From contig JBHGNT010000017.1 in assembly GCA_043228905.1 (NCBI GenBank), positions 11,160,001 to 11,224,000 of the forward strand: a stretch of DNA of 64,000 bases, given 5' to 3'. Of this stretch, positions 21,106 to 34,951 are shown one piece after another. Numbering within the stretch: position 1 is the first letter of the stretch; every line of letters begins with the position of its first letter. The notes beneath the pieces were generated by a model. The model searched no databases. It was not told the DNA's origin and saw nothing but the letters and a program-made list of their open reading frames with translations. The DNA comes from Azolla caroliniana. Its lineage: Eukaryota > Plantae > Polypodiophyta. A program made the translations under genes and the position numbers.

Positions 21106-24100
21106 TGTCATTATATGTGTTAAGAGTCTATTACTAATCAATAAACCAAACTAAAGTAAAAGAAGGAAAATAAAATGGATAGAAGAACCCGTTCCACCCG
21201 ACCACCCCCGAGCTATGATCTAGACATAGCCAACCTACCACCAACGTCCCATACCGCCGGATATTAGGATGACTAATACCTTGGAAGAGATGAACACAAT
21301 CGTCGAGACGAAAGCCTAGCCCGCACCACTGATGTCTAAGACAGCAGCCTTCCGACATAATATGATTATGAGGGTAGCTAAGCCTCATATTTATACCTTT
21401 TCCTAGGCCCCTTGAATAAATGTGCCTTTCTAAAAGGCTCTCCATTCATTGGTTGTCCAAATCATGATAGTGCATGCACCTATCATTCCTTCCATCCAAT
21501 TAGTAGTCCCCTTTTCAACATTAGTGAACATACCCTTCACTAATGTAAATATTGGGAGCTACCCTCACCAACGTTATGTGTACATAACATACTCCCCTAC
21601 TTCAAAAGATTGCACTCTTGCAATATAAAGTGAGGAAATTGTGCCTTAAGAGTATGCTCGCGTTCCCATGTGGCATCATCAATAGGTTTTTCCATCCATT
21701 TGATCTTGAATAGCCGAATCTCTTTAGACAATAAACGTTTAGTACGAGAATCAAGAATTCGTTCAGGAACATGACGTTTGTAAGAGAAATACTCTAATGT
21801 TACAAGATCTTGGATTGTGATGGTGTTCTCACTAGAGCCTAAAAATGGTTTTAGACGACTAACATGAAAAACAGGATGAATACCGATGTTGCGGGGTAAG
21901 GCAAGGCGATAAGCAGATGACCCAACCCGCAACCCGCTTAAGGATTTCAAATGGGCCACAATATCATGGGGTTAACTTAGCGCACTTACCCGTAGACAAT
22001 GACATAGAGTAAGTAGGGACATGCAAAAAAACTTTTTGACCAATAGTAAATGCATGAGGACGTGTATCCTAATCAGCATAAAATCGAACACAATCTTGAG
22101 CTGTCTTGACATTCTCTTTGGCAATATGCAACATTTGGTTCATGTCTTACAAAAATGGGGTGTGTATTGTCTAATGTATCACGATGAATCGTGACATCAA
22201 ATGGGGCACATGGCTGAAAACCATACATCAACGTAAAAGGACTATATCCAATGGATGTATGTTTAGAGCTATTATAGACAAATTCTAAGATATGAAGGTA
22301 TTACTCCCACTTAGAAGGCGTTTTTGCTACATAAGCTCGAAGCATGTCCTCAATAATTTGATTAACTCGTTCAGTTTTTCCATCAGACTGAGGATGATCT
22401 GCGAAACTCATGCTAAACGTAGTTTCTAGTTTCTTAAAGACTTGAGTCCAAAAGTCACTAGTAAACCCGGAATCTCAATCTCTAACAATATCCATCGGTA
22501 ATCCATAAAAACGAAATAACTCATCAACAAATTGATAAGCCAATTGTTGAGCAATTACCGTGGTTTTGGTAGGAATAAATCTAGGCAATTTTGTTAGTTT
22601 GTCAACGACAACCCAAATGGCATCATGACCCCTCTGTGTACGAGGTAAACTAACAATAAAATCCATTGAGATACTTTCCCATATGTTGTTGGGAATATCT
22701 AAGGGATGTAAAAGACCAACAGCTTTAAGTCATTCCGACTTATTAATCTGACATTAGAAGCATTGAGTTACGTATTTATGCACTTCAGAGTGCATCTTAG
22801 GTGAGAAAAAAGTACTCGAGATGACAACGAGTGTGTGTTGTATTCCAGGATGACCAGCAGATGGTGCATCATGACAATCATGAAGAATTTTCTGTTTTAC
22901 GTTTGGTAAATCTGGAACACAGACCTTTCCACTACGGTAGAGCAAACCATTTGTAATGGGAAAGGTCGCCTTCGAGGGTAGGGTGCTAGTATCGGCATCT
23001 AAACCAGATTCGGCTTTCGTCCAATATTTCGAAAAATAATTGTCATCAAGGTATTTCCCTCGAAGGTGATCAAAAGATCAGATTTTATTTCCGTGAAGCT
23101 AAGCATGTTAACTTCTTTAATGCGACTAAGAGCATCCGCAATAGTGTTCATAGAACCCTTGCGAAACTGTATGGAAAAATTAAAATCTTGCATAAGGTCA
23201 GCCTAACGGCCTTTACAACCAACAAGATCTGGCTGGTCACAAAAATACTTCAATGATTGATGGTCTCTTGTAACCACAAATTTATTTCCATAGAGATAGT
23301 GCCTCCATGTTTTAAGTGCATGTATTACCGCAAACAACTCTTTCTCTTGGACTGAATACCGAGATTGAGCAGCATCAAGCTTCTTACTTTCAAAAGCAAT
23401 AGGGTGACTGCCTTGATAAAGAACGGCACCAATAGCATAATCACTAGCATCGGTTTTGATTGAGAAAGGCTTAGAAGGGTCCGATAATAGAAGAGTGGGA
23501 GCTAGACACACATGCTCTTTGAGTGTCTCCAATGATTTGTCAAGTTGTTCATTCCATGCAATTGCTTTGACAAACTTACGTGGATGACCTTTTAAAAGGC
23601 TAGTTAATAGCGTAGTCAATTTGGAATAGTTACGAATTGATTTTCGTAAAAATCCAACAAACCCTAAGAATGATCGCAGTTCACGAATATTACGAGGAAT
23701 GGGCCAAACTTTAACCTTTTCAATATGAGAAGGTTCAATTTCAACACCATTTTCCATTATTAAATGACTTAGGTACACAATAGATTTTTGGAAAAAATCA
23801 CATTTTGAATGTTTTGCATAGAAAGAGTTGTCACGCAACTTTTGCAAAACAAATCGAACATGTTGAACATGATCTTGCAAGGTACGGTGATATATCAAAA
23901 TATCATCCAAGAAGACGACAACAAAATCACCGAATTGATCTCGGAAAACGGCATTCATCGTTTGTTGGAATGTGGCTGGAGCATTAGTCAACCCGAAAGG
24001 CATGACTAAAAACTCATAATGGCCATAGCGCATACGAAAAGCGGTTTTAGGAATATCATCCTCCGCAATGCGAATCTGATGATAACCTATCCGTAAGTCA

Positions 24101-25025
24101 ATTTTTCGTAAAATATCGGGGGGCCATGCAAACGATCAATCAAATCATCGGCACGAGGTAACGGATATGCATTTTTAATTGTCATTTTATTCAAACGGCG
24201 ATATTTGATACACATTCGCCATGAACCTTCCTTCTTCTTGACTAATAGAACTGGCGCACCCCAAGGTGATTTACTATACCTAACATGGCCCATACTTAAG
24301 TATTCCTTAAGTTGTTTAGCGATCTCATCCTCTTCTAATCGACTAAGTCGGTAAGGTGGAATGCTCACAGGAGCAGCACCAAGAATGAGTTCAATTTGAT
24401 GGTCCACATTACGTTTTGGTGGTAAAGTAAGTGGCAATTCGTTAGGAAACACGTCTTGAAAATCGTCTAAAATAGAGTCGAGTAATCGTTGTTCATAATG
24501 TGGTAATTGTGTGGCGTCAATATTAAAATAATAAAATTGAAGCGCAGGATCAATTACACACGAATAAATTAATGAACTTGAATACTCACTTAAAGATTTA
24601 GAAGACACAAGTGAACGAGAAGGAAGTTTGGAACATTGAATAAAATGTTTACAATTATTACGTTCAAACGTGATTGAGTGATTAACCCAATCAATGGACA
24701 AAGAAGGGTTTCTATTAAAAAACCAAGGGTATCCTAAAATGACATCTGCAGATTGTAGTTTCATAACATGAAAGTCAAGCTTCTCCAAATAGGTATCTAT
24801 TTGAATTGGCAATTGACAAACAATGCCACTGATGTATTGAAGGCTTCCATTTGCCATGTGAACTTGATAGATATGATCACTTGCGTTTATGTTGACGGCT
24901 TCCTTAAAAGTTGTGGGGTCCTTGTCATGGACAATCCAATGGTAATCCCCATTAGGAATACCATTCAAAAAGCAAGCAACAAACCATTTCTCACCCGTAA
25001 GTCCCGATTTTTGGTGACCTTAACT
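21106..25025 (-). mobile_element. H2: chromovirus Ty3/gypsy of the same family as H1, inserted in H1 gag and 5'-truncated
   Basis: 3' LTR ~21106-21589. PPT GAAGTAGGGGAGTA. Chromodomain (PERILDSR...KIKWMEKPIDDATWE, 21597-21959). INT, RH and RT (23203-24968). Its gag remnant [17 protein letters not shown] matches H1. Confidence 0.88.
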
Positions 25026-25038
25026 ACTGGGTCTTAGA

Positions 25039-26845
25039 CTCCTACTAGGAGTTGTGGCGACAGAAGACCTAGACCTAGAGCAGCTAGATGTAAAGACGGG
25101 CATTCCTACACGGAGATCTAGGAACTCCCTCCCTCTAAGGCCGCGTCCTAGGACCCGCGGCCGGTTTCTGTGGATAGTGTTCATGAAATGCTCGAACTAT
25201 GTCCAGGGCATGCTTGAGATGGTGTGCCAGCTTCCATGTTGCTTCGGATATTGGGCACCCTTTCCAGAGGATAAGGTATTGAAGTTAACAATGAAAGAGT
25301 CGAGAATTTGGTTGACCAGTAGTTAAGATGACCACCCTCAGAATCCTACTAGGAGTTGTGGCAACAAAAGACCTAGAGCTAGAGAAAGTAGATGTAAAGA
25401 CGACGTTCCTACACGGAGATCTAGAAGAAGAAATTTACATGTCTCAACCGGCAGGCTTCACGGCAACATGGGAGGAAAGTCAACTCATATGCCGCCTGAA
25501 GAAAAGTATCTATGGCTTTAAACAAGGGCCGAGGATGTGGTACCAGAAGTTCGACTCCAACATCAAGTAGCTTGGATACCGCCGATCGTACTCCGACCCA
25601 TGCATGTACATTCGGCAATTGGCCGACGAGTCAAGGATTTATCTGATCCTATATGTTGACGACATGTTGATTGTAGGAAGCAATCAAGAAGAGATCGGAA
25701 AGCTGAAGCAGAGCCTTCATGATAAGTTTGCAATGAAGGAACTCAAACAAGCCCGTCACATACTAGGCATGAGGATCGAGCGAAATCGGACGACCAAGAC
25801 TCTCCGACTCTCCCAGTTCGACTATATCTGAAAGGTGTTAAAGCGCTTCAACATGGAGAATGTGAAGCCAACACCAACATTGCTTGCGATGTTGATCTAA
25901 CTATCAGACAGAGACTCTCCTTTGACGGACAAGGGAGAGAGCTTAATGGAAAGATGCCCTAAGCATCGGTCATAGGAAGTATCATGTACACAATGGTGGC
26001 GACCCGACCCGACCTAACCTATGTCGTAGGGGTGGTCAGTCGGTACATGTTGAATCCAGGACAGAAGCATCGGGAGGTCGTCAAGCACATATTTAGGTAC
26101 CTAAGAGGGACCGAAGATACACAGCTAACTTTCGGTTTGACAACCTCAGCCGAAGTCAAAGGCTACACTAACTCCGACTATGTCAGCAATACGGACAATC
26201 GGAAGTCAACATCAAGCTATATCTTCACCTATGGTGGCGGTACTATATCATGGAGGTCGAATCTTCCAGAGTGCACGGCCCTGTCGACCACAAAGGCCGA
26301 GTACATAGCAGCATCAAAGGCAACAAAAGAAGAGATCTAGTTGCACCGACTAACTACTGATTTCTTAGCTACAAACCGAAATGACCAATCAGTGCCGACC
26401 ATCTATTACGACTCACAGAGCGCAATACACCTCATCAACAATCCTGTCTATCACGCGAAGACAAAGCATATTGAGGTGCGGTATCATCACATCTGGGAGC
26501 TCATAACCGAGAAAAGGTTCAAAGTCTAGAAGATCGAGACTGAGGTGAATATCGTTGATTGCATGACTAAGCCATTCCCAGATCAACTCTTTGGAACACT
26601 AAGGACAAAGATGGGATTGTGACAAGTGATTGAGCAGAAGAAGGCCGAACAAGGAGCAGAAGGTAAGTCGAACCAATTCACTTAAACAAGTCAATCTGAC
26701 TAACTTAGTCGAACCAAGCTAGACATTGAACACATCTCTGCCGACTCAATCACATGCTAACTGTCTTGTAAATATAAACTTAGATTAATTTTGTAATCTA
26801 GGTTCACGGGGGAGATAACCCCAAACACTTGTACATGTAGGAATG
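25039..26845 (+). mobile_element. Ty1/copia RT-RH fragment (F); its 3' region is split by D and resumes at ~33202
   Basis: DVKTTFLHGDLEEEIYM, LYVDDMLI, TRPDL, ALSTTKAEY, TKHIEVRYH. Purine run GGGGGAGA near 26808. Confidence 0.85.
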
Positions 26846-29800
26846 TGTTATTCCTTATGGCCGGACAATGGCCTAACACAGGGTGTCTCCGGAAGACACT
26901 TCACCAAAGGGGTGTTACGGCGAGATAACATAAGACACAACGATTAATTCGACTTAATTGGGTAATTAGCAATAAGGTATACACTTAATACATGCGTAAG
27001 ATATAACAATTAATACAGAATGGTAATCAATACGTGAAGATAAAACAAGAAGCTTATATTAATTCTCCGTTAAAGTTATACATTGTAACCGGGCCTTTAT
27101 ATAGGTCACCGGTGCTGCTTACAAAAACAGTGCTGCTTACAAAAACAGTGCCGCTTACAAAAACGGTGCCAACCGGCACCTGTTCGGAACCGGTCCGGAT
27201 CCAGATCGGCATACCGATTCCGGTCCGTCCATTCACTACATAATTATAATCTACTTTACTTAATTAAAATATATTCCGAATAACCATCCCTTTCACATTC
27301 TGGTCTCTGCACCTTTGTCGGCCGGGTAACACATGGCACGCCCGTGGGACAGTACCTTGTACGTCGAATCCCACTATCCGACCCTTAGCCTTCGTCCAAG
27401 ATATCCAGAATACTCTACTCCAGGGTATCCAATGGTTGTTCGAAACTCTGTTGTTGCTGTTGTTGTGGCTGTTGTTGTGGCTGCCATTGTGGTTGTTGTT
27501 GTTGCTATGGCTGCTGTTGTTGTTGTGGATGCGGCTCCTCCGACTGTTGCTCCTGACAGGGCATCTGTTCAGCACCCGGTACTGGCGGTTCTGGCGGTGA
27601 TTCCTCTGTTAGCTGCTCCGCCGGATTTGACTCCGGTTGACTCGCCCCGGCCTTGTCTCCGTCTGGTCCTTGCTCCGGTGATGGCTCCTCATCGCTGAGG
27701 TTGACGGTCGTCGCCTGCTTTGCTTTTTCTCTCCGTAGCCTGGTCCGCTCATAGCTCTCAAACTGGATTTGAGCATCCAGTCGATCATCATCTAGCTGTG
27801 CTACAAGTTGCCGAACCACTGTTGACTGCTCCTCCGCCATAGTTACAAAATCTTCGGCTAACTCATCTCTTACGGCGGTGAAGTCCTCCTTCGTTAGCAT
27901 GTAGCAGTCGTCGCCATCCTTCTTCCGGTTTTCCACGTCCGCCTGTAGCAACTGGAGCTCAGCTGTGTGCTTTTTCCATTTGTCCCACCATTGCGCGGAC
28001 CTCTCGTCAATCAAGCGTTTGGTCTTGTTTCTCCATGCCTGGACAATGAACTGGATCCGCTCCAATCCCATCTTCGATTTATCCTCCGCGGCTTGTCGTT
28101 CGTCCTTCAACTGCTTGATCAGTGCAACCGTATCCACCTCCTGCTCCCGGTAATGTGACAATTGGGTTTGATAGGTTTTCTGCAGCCTTTGCAAGACCAT
28201 CGTTGTTCTTTCCTTCTCTTCATAATGCTGCTTATGCAGCTCCATCCGTTCTTGCGCGGCTTCCTCGAGCAGCGTGGTTCTTTCGTCCCGTTCCTCCGCC
28301 AGCGCCGTCTCAACTCTATGCACCTCCTGCCGGAACTCTGCCATCTTCTCCTGTTGTTTCTGATGCTCCATATCCAGGTGCTTGTAGTCCCGGTGCAGGT
28401 GCTCAAAATCATCGGTCTTCTACTTCAGTTTTTGGTTGAGTTGCCGGCGAGCGCAATCTTCCCGGTCCTTCTGCTGACGGAGTTCTTCTTTCAGCCTTTC
28501 AATCTCTGTTTCCGCCATCCGTCGCAGCTTCTCCTTTTCTTGCAGCGCTTTCTCTTTCTCCTCCTTCAGCCGGTCATAGCCCTGATGTCCTTTCCATAGA
28601 TTCTCTTTTGCCCGGCGGAGGTTCTCAACAGTCTTTCATTGCTCTTCTTCTGCCGCTTTCTTCAAGTCCCGCTCTCGGGTGCATAATGCTTCCTGTGCAG
28701 CCAGTTCATCTCTTAATTCAGCAAGCTCTTTTGCTTGTGCCACCACTATCTCCGGAACTGTTTCCGTCTCCGGGGTCTTATTGCTATGTACAGGTGCCGG
28801 TGCTTCTTTATTTTGTACCTCTACTAGAGTCACCGGTGCTTGGAGCTGTGGTCCGGTTAACGCCATTTTGGCCAATTCTTCTGTGGCCAAGTCCAAGTCT
28901 TGTTCTAGGCTCCGGATCCTTGACCCGGCCGTCTCTAGTTCTCCGGTTGTGACGAGCAATCGGTCCATCTACGCTTTCTCTTCCGCCTCTGTACCACCCC
29001 GGCAATCTGTTCTCCAATCCATCGGAGCCATTGGCTGCCGGTGCCCTGTTGTTGTGTCTGCCCGGAGGGTTGGCTGTTGGTGTCACTAGCCAGTGGTCGG
29101 TTTTGTCCAATTGCGTCGAGCTGCAACTCTGGCTCTTGTTGGTGACCACTTTGCCGTTCTGGTTGCGGCTCCGTTGGCTGCTCTGCCTCTGAATGCTCTT
29201 GGCCTGCTGGTGGGTTCGGCAACTGTATTTCCGGCCCTTGCATTTCGGGTCTTGCCGTATCCTGACGCGCCGGTAGAGGTTGTTGTGCAGGGAGCTCTGT
29301 GACCAGTTCTGTCCGAACCGGTTCCGGTTCCATCCTTGGTGTGGGCTACTCAGGGCGGGGTACCGGCGTTCCATCCTTCTTTGGATCCGAACGCACCCCG
29401 GCATGTTCGGAGGTGCTTGCCTTCTGGCGCCGCTGGAGGTGCTCTAACGGTTCCTCCTCCGCTTCCTCCTCCTGAGTCACGATGTTGATTTTCGCTACCA
29501 AGGGGTCCGGTGCTTGTTGAACCGGTCGGCTAAGCCTGATCTTGATTGGCCATACCGGTGGCTCCTCCTACGTTTCCGCTTGACGTTTCCTATTGGCGCA
29601 CCCACCTTGGTCACTTATGAGCTCTATCGGACATCCATATCGGCACCAGATGCATTCATATAAAAAAAATTCCGTGGATGTCGCGGTGTTGTCGTGTAGT
29701 GCTTTGGCTTCCACCCATTTCGTGCAATAATCCGTAGTGATGATCACATACCGGTTGCCGGTTCTCATTGACGATGGTTTGAACGAAACGACAAAATCTA

Positions 29801-32800
29801 GCCCCCACTTCTGAAATGGTTCAAACGGTAGCACGGGCTGGTGAGGCATTCTGGCTTGTTCGGTTGGTTGGCCCATTCGTTGACATAGGTCGCATTCTTT
29901 AGCGTACCGGACTGCATCCTTCAATGTTGTCGGCCACCATAGTCCACTCTACCATATTTTCCTTGATGTAGCGTCTCCGACATAATGTCCTCCAGCCACA
30001 CCGCAGTGTGCTTCGCGCAATATTATTTCCTTCTCGTCGTTGCGCACTGCACACCGCCATATGCCATCTGCGCCTTTGTGGTATAGGGTGTCCTGTAATA
30101 GACAGAAGTGTCGGCTTTGAACTGCTAAGCGTTTCCTCTCGTCTCTGTTCATCTCCTCCGGAGGTAAGCCGGTGCTCAGAAATTGGTGCATGTTGGTAAG
30201 CCACTTGTCTTCCTCTACGACCGTACTATCCGATGTCGTTTCTGTTGTGACTCTAAACAGCTCAGCATCCAAAAATTCGTCTGGGACTCCGTCACCGGTT
30301 TCGCCGGAATCCAACCGGCTTAAATAGTCTGCTACCGCATGTTGTATGCCAGGTCGATGGAATATCTCGAACTCAAATTCTTGCAATAGTAACGTCCACT
30401 GGGCCAGCTTACCGGTGAGTGATGCTTTGGACCCCAAGTAGAGGAGCGCGGAATGATCTACGTGAAAGGAAAATTTCCTTCCTAACAGATAGTGTCTAAA
30501 CTTGGTGACACTGTAGATCATACCCAAGGCCTCCCTTTCCGTTGTGGAATAATTCCGTTCCTCCAGATTTGAAAAGAAAGTCGGGGCCGGTGGTGTGTTG
30601 GTTGTCGTCCTTCCTGTCTTCAGTCCTTCCGTGAAGCGTGGTACCAATTGCAATAGCCGCCCTAACGGCAGCGTTATTTGGCATTCTTTTAACACTTGCC
30701 ATGTTGGGTTTTCGGGCTGCCCTAAGCCAATGACCTCTTCGGCATTCTCCTTTTTTTGTTCGAGCTCCGCCACATTCCGCTCATTTGCCTTCTTCACCCA
30801 TTCGGTTGCCTGCTTCCGAATGGCTTCTTGAGTTTCCCACTTTGTGGCTTTGCCTTTTGATCTTGTAGTGACTTGTTGTATGTCCGCGACTTCCGCGTCT
30901 ACCATGTTCACCGTTGGTCGCTTGTCATAGCTCTTTGCCGGACATTGATTACTATAGTGGCCTTCTTGCCGACAATAATAGCAGTACGGCTTCCATGCGT
31001 TGCTGGATTCGGCGTGCGTGCTTGGTGGAGGACCGGGGGTAAGTGCTTGGATTTGGTCTGGTTGTTTGCTCGGAGCGCCCTTTTTCGGTTCTCGTGGATG
31101 ACCCCCCTTTTTGTTGAAATGACATTTCTTACTGAAATTATTTTTGTTGCGGTAACCTTGACGGTGTTGGTCGTCATACTTGCCATAGTCGTCCCTTCGG
31201 TGGTTGTAACCAAGGGAGTGATCCCAGTTGTATCTCTCGTACCGTCCATTATAGTCCCGGTATTTATCTTGTCTATCATACCGGTCATAAGCGTCTCTTC
31301 GATCGTTGTACTGGACATCTTGTGCCAGTCGGCAGCGCTCCTCTCGCCGCCAGCGTTCTTCTTCTTCCTCCTGGTTGCTCCGTGGTTCAATTTGCCAGAC
31401 CGGTGGTGCTTGCCAATTTAACAAGTTATACTCACATCGTTCCATTGTGTGACTTCTGGAGTGGCAAAGCAAGCACTGGGAACACATGGTGCATTCCAGT
31501 GCTGAATGTCCGGCATTCAGGCATGTCGTACACTGAACTGCTTGCCGGAAACTGAGGTCCTCTTCCGTTGGTAGTGTCCGCTGAAGGGCGCCCATGGTTA
31601 GCCATGAACTTGAGGTTTCCATTTCCCGAACTCGGTCGATCACTTTATCTATGCTGCTGGTGCGGAAATCAATAACGGTGCACACCATACGTAAGGGTTC
31701 CCGAAGGGCTGCTAAGAATATGGCCTTTGTTTCTTCCTCCAGTGGTATCCGGCTGAGTTGATTATGGATTCGCTGGAACCGGATGACAAACTGTTGAATG
31801 TTCTCCGTTACTTACTGCCGGATGATGAAAATAAGCCTACCATTTCGAGTTGGTCCATCTCCTTGTGAAAGAAATGCAAAATTTTTGTCTTTAATGTTTC
31901 AAACGTAGGGATGGTGTTGGGATCTTGTGTTCGGTGCGATCTGGCGGCCGGTCCCTCCAAGGTCATGCCGAACTCTTCCCTTTTTGAGCGTTCCTCTTCG
32001 GCTGCATTTAAGCGTTGGGACACATGGTTCGCCTCCCAGGTCTGTTGAAATGCATGGACGTGGGCTTCCGCGTCCGGATCATCCCGGTATCTGGGATATT
32101 GGAACGGCATATCGTCGTCTGGTGTCGGTACACGAGCTGGTGGTGTCGGTGGTCATTCCTCCTCTTTTGGTGTCGGAGGTTTTTCCCGGTCTTCTATTGC
32201 CATCGGAGATCTTTCCTGCTCCTTTTTTTGTGTAGGAGGCTTCTCCTCCTGGACTTCAGGTGTCGGAGGTCTCTCGTCCTCGACTTTTGGTTCCGGAGTG
32301 TTGTCAACTTCTGGTATCGGAGTTTCCAGCCTTGTCAATTCTGGTTCCGATGTCGGCAAGGTATCCGACTCCTCTCTGGTCCTCCTGGGTTGTCGTTACT
32401 GCTGCGGTAGTTCGTCTGCACACTGTATGTCCCGTCCGAACCTGATTCAAATGCCGAAAATGCTTCGGATTCGCCTTCCCCCACTGCCAATGCCTAGAGA
32501 AGGGATTTCGCTTCCCGGAGGCTGCTTAGGCTGCTTCCTTCGTCCAGGTAGGCGTTTTGTGGTAACCGAAGTGACTCCTTGGCCACTCTCCGGATCACCT
32601 TGGAAAACGAGCGATCCGCTCTGATTTCTTCTGCCGCTTGTTGGAAAGCCTCTCGCTTCCTTAGTCGTTCAACAAGTCTCCTTGCTCGCTCTGTAACCGG
32701 GCCGTTCGTTGGTCGCGTCATCCATTCCCGCCGATGTTCTCCGCGATTGTGCAGGAATCGTGATCGCCAAAAACTGTGTTATTCCTTATGGTCGGACAAT

Positions 32801-33196
32801 GGCCTAACATAGGGTGTCTCCGGAAGACACTTCACCAAAGGGGTGTTACGGTGAGATAACTTAAGACACAACGATTAATTCGACTTAATTGGCTACTTAG
32901 CAATAAGGTATACACTTAATACACATGTAAGATATAACAATTAATACAGAACGGTAATCAATACGTGAAGATAAAACAAGAAGCTTATATTAATTCTCCG
33001 TTAAAGTTATACATTGTAACCGGGCCTTTATATAGGTCACCGGTGCTGCTTACAAAAACGGTGCCAACCGGCACCTGTTCGGAACCGGTCCATCTGTTCA
33101 CTACATAATTATAATCTACTTTACTTAATTAAAATATATTCCGAATAACCATCGCTTTCACATTCTGGTCTCTGAATCTTTGCCAGTCGGGTAACC
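26846..33196 (-). mobile_element. Element D: internally deleted copy of the A family
   Basis: LTRs 26846-27331 and 32777-33196 (terminal CA mutated to CC). TSD GAATG on both sides. PBS TGGCGATCACG. gag fused to RH (29949-31688); INT fused to the extra ORF. Confidence 0.93.
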
Positions 33197-34881
33197 GAAT
33201 GAGTAGTCCTCCAATTTGTATCCTAGTGTGAACTCGTCCAAAGAGTTAGGGCTTACTATATAAGTAATAACCTAACGGTGTATTCAAAAAGAGAGGAACC
33301 TCTTGATCATCTTGTATAGCGATCCGTGTGTGTGTGTGTGAGAGAGAGCATAATAACAAAGTTTCCATTAAATCTTAAACCGCGTCTATCTTCTGTTTAT
33401 TCTCTTGCCTTCCTTCTGTGTTGTTTGCTGAACACTACGATAGATCCTCACACATATTTTTCTGCACATATTCAATCAACAAGGGGCTTGTATAAAAAGT
33501 GCTCACTGAGCACAATGTATGTACAAAGTTCTTATTATTTGAAATAGAAGTTGTTGTCTGCTCTCTCTCTCTCTCTTTATTCTCTGTGTTTACCTAACTG
33601 TCGAGTTTCCAAAACCGACTGTGTACTCAGTGTCTATCGCACATGCTTCCGCACACATATTCTTTTTCACTACCCTTGTGCCAAACTTGTGTGACCATCA
33701 ATTTTTCTTCACTACCAAATAGTTTCATGAACCTTGCATAGATCCTCGATGTCAAGGCCATAGCCAAGGACAAGTTTAAAGTGAAGAAGAGAATGAGAAG
33801 AGGAAAATAAGAGGATATTGAAAACATATTAATGATAAGAACAAGGTAAGAACAAGGGTTATAAGAATATGTTGAAGACTAGTGTTGAACCAAAATTGGT
33901 CATCAATACTCATGCACATGCTTATATAGCATGACACATGTATGCTCACCACCTTGTAGGCGCATGACCGCCACTTGACATTCATGTAAGTATGCCACTT
34001 GGCATTCATCTACGCATCACACTTGATGATCATGTGTTAGCCCATGATATTATATATATTCTCAATAATCCAATGTTGACAACAATAATATAATCTAGTA
34101 TAGGGGTTGAGGTTGTACATTTTCCTTGAATAGGTCATGGGTTCAAATCTCTATTAAGAGTTTAGAGTTTTGATACATGTTCATAACATTATCCCCTTCC
34201 TTTGATGACGAGTTTTACGAGTCGCAATGCATGGACTAGGACTTGGCTTATTTGGATATCTATTATGAAATTCAACTACAAGTTTTGTGACATTGATAAT
34301 TGATAAAACAATCAAGGTACTTTTCCAAGGTTTGATTGGTACATTCGGTTTAACCATGAGGTTCTATATGATAGCTTGAAGAGGGTTTACAATCAATTTG
34401 GAGGAGCCCAAGCAAGTGTTTACAAATTTTTGAGATGAATTGTGGGCCTTGATCAAGAAGTCCATGATGCTGAAACACTTCACACATAACCATATATGTT
34501 GTCTCATGGTTGTTAATAGTTTCATGCATGGTAGACAATGTGTCATCTTAGTGAACCGAATGACAACAATAAGGATGGAATCAAAACCTTTGGAAGATGG
34601 AAGGTCAGTAATGAAATACAAAGATATAGACTTCCACAGACCATCTAAAACTAGTAAGGGTTGGAGTAACCCATATGGTCAACGTCAAGGATACTTGGAC
34701 CAACAACATGCATCACAACTAAAAATGTATTCCTCAACATAATTGCAAAGATGCGATCACCAATAGCTTCTAGGCTATTTCCAAAGTTTTGTGAACTCCA
34801 AAATGTCTAGCCATTGGCATGTCATGGCAGTGTTGTAAAACTAGGAGTCGAGAACAACGATTAGGGACATAAAGTAAATTA

Positions 34882-34916
34882 TGTAAAGAATCGGGAGTGA
34901 TTCTGTGCAACGGAAG

Positions 34917-34951
<35 letters not shown>

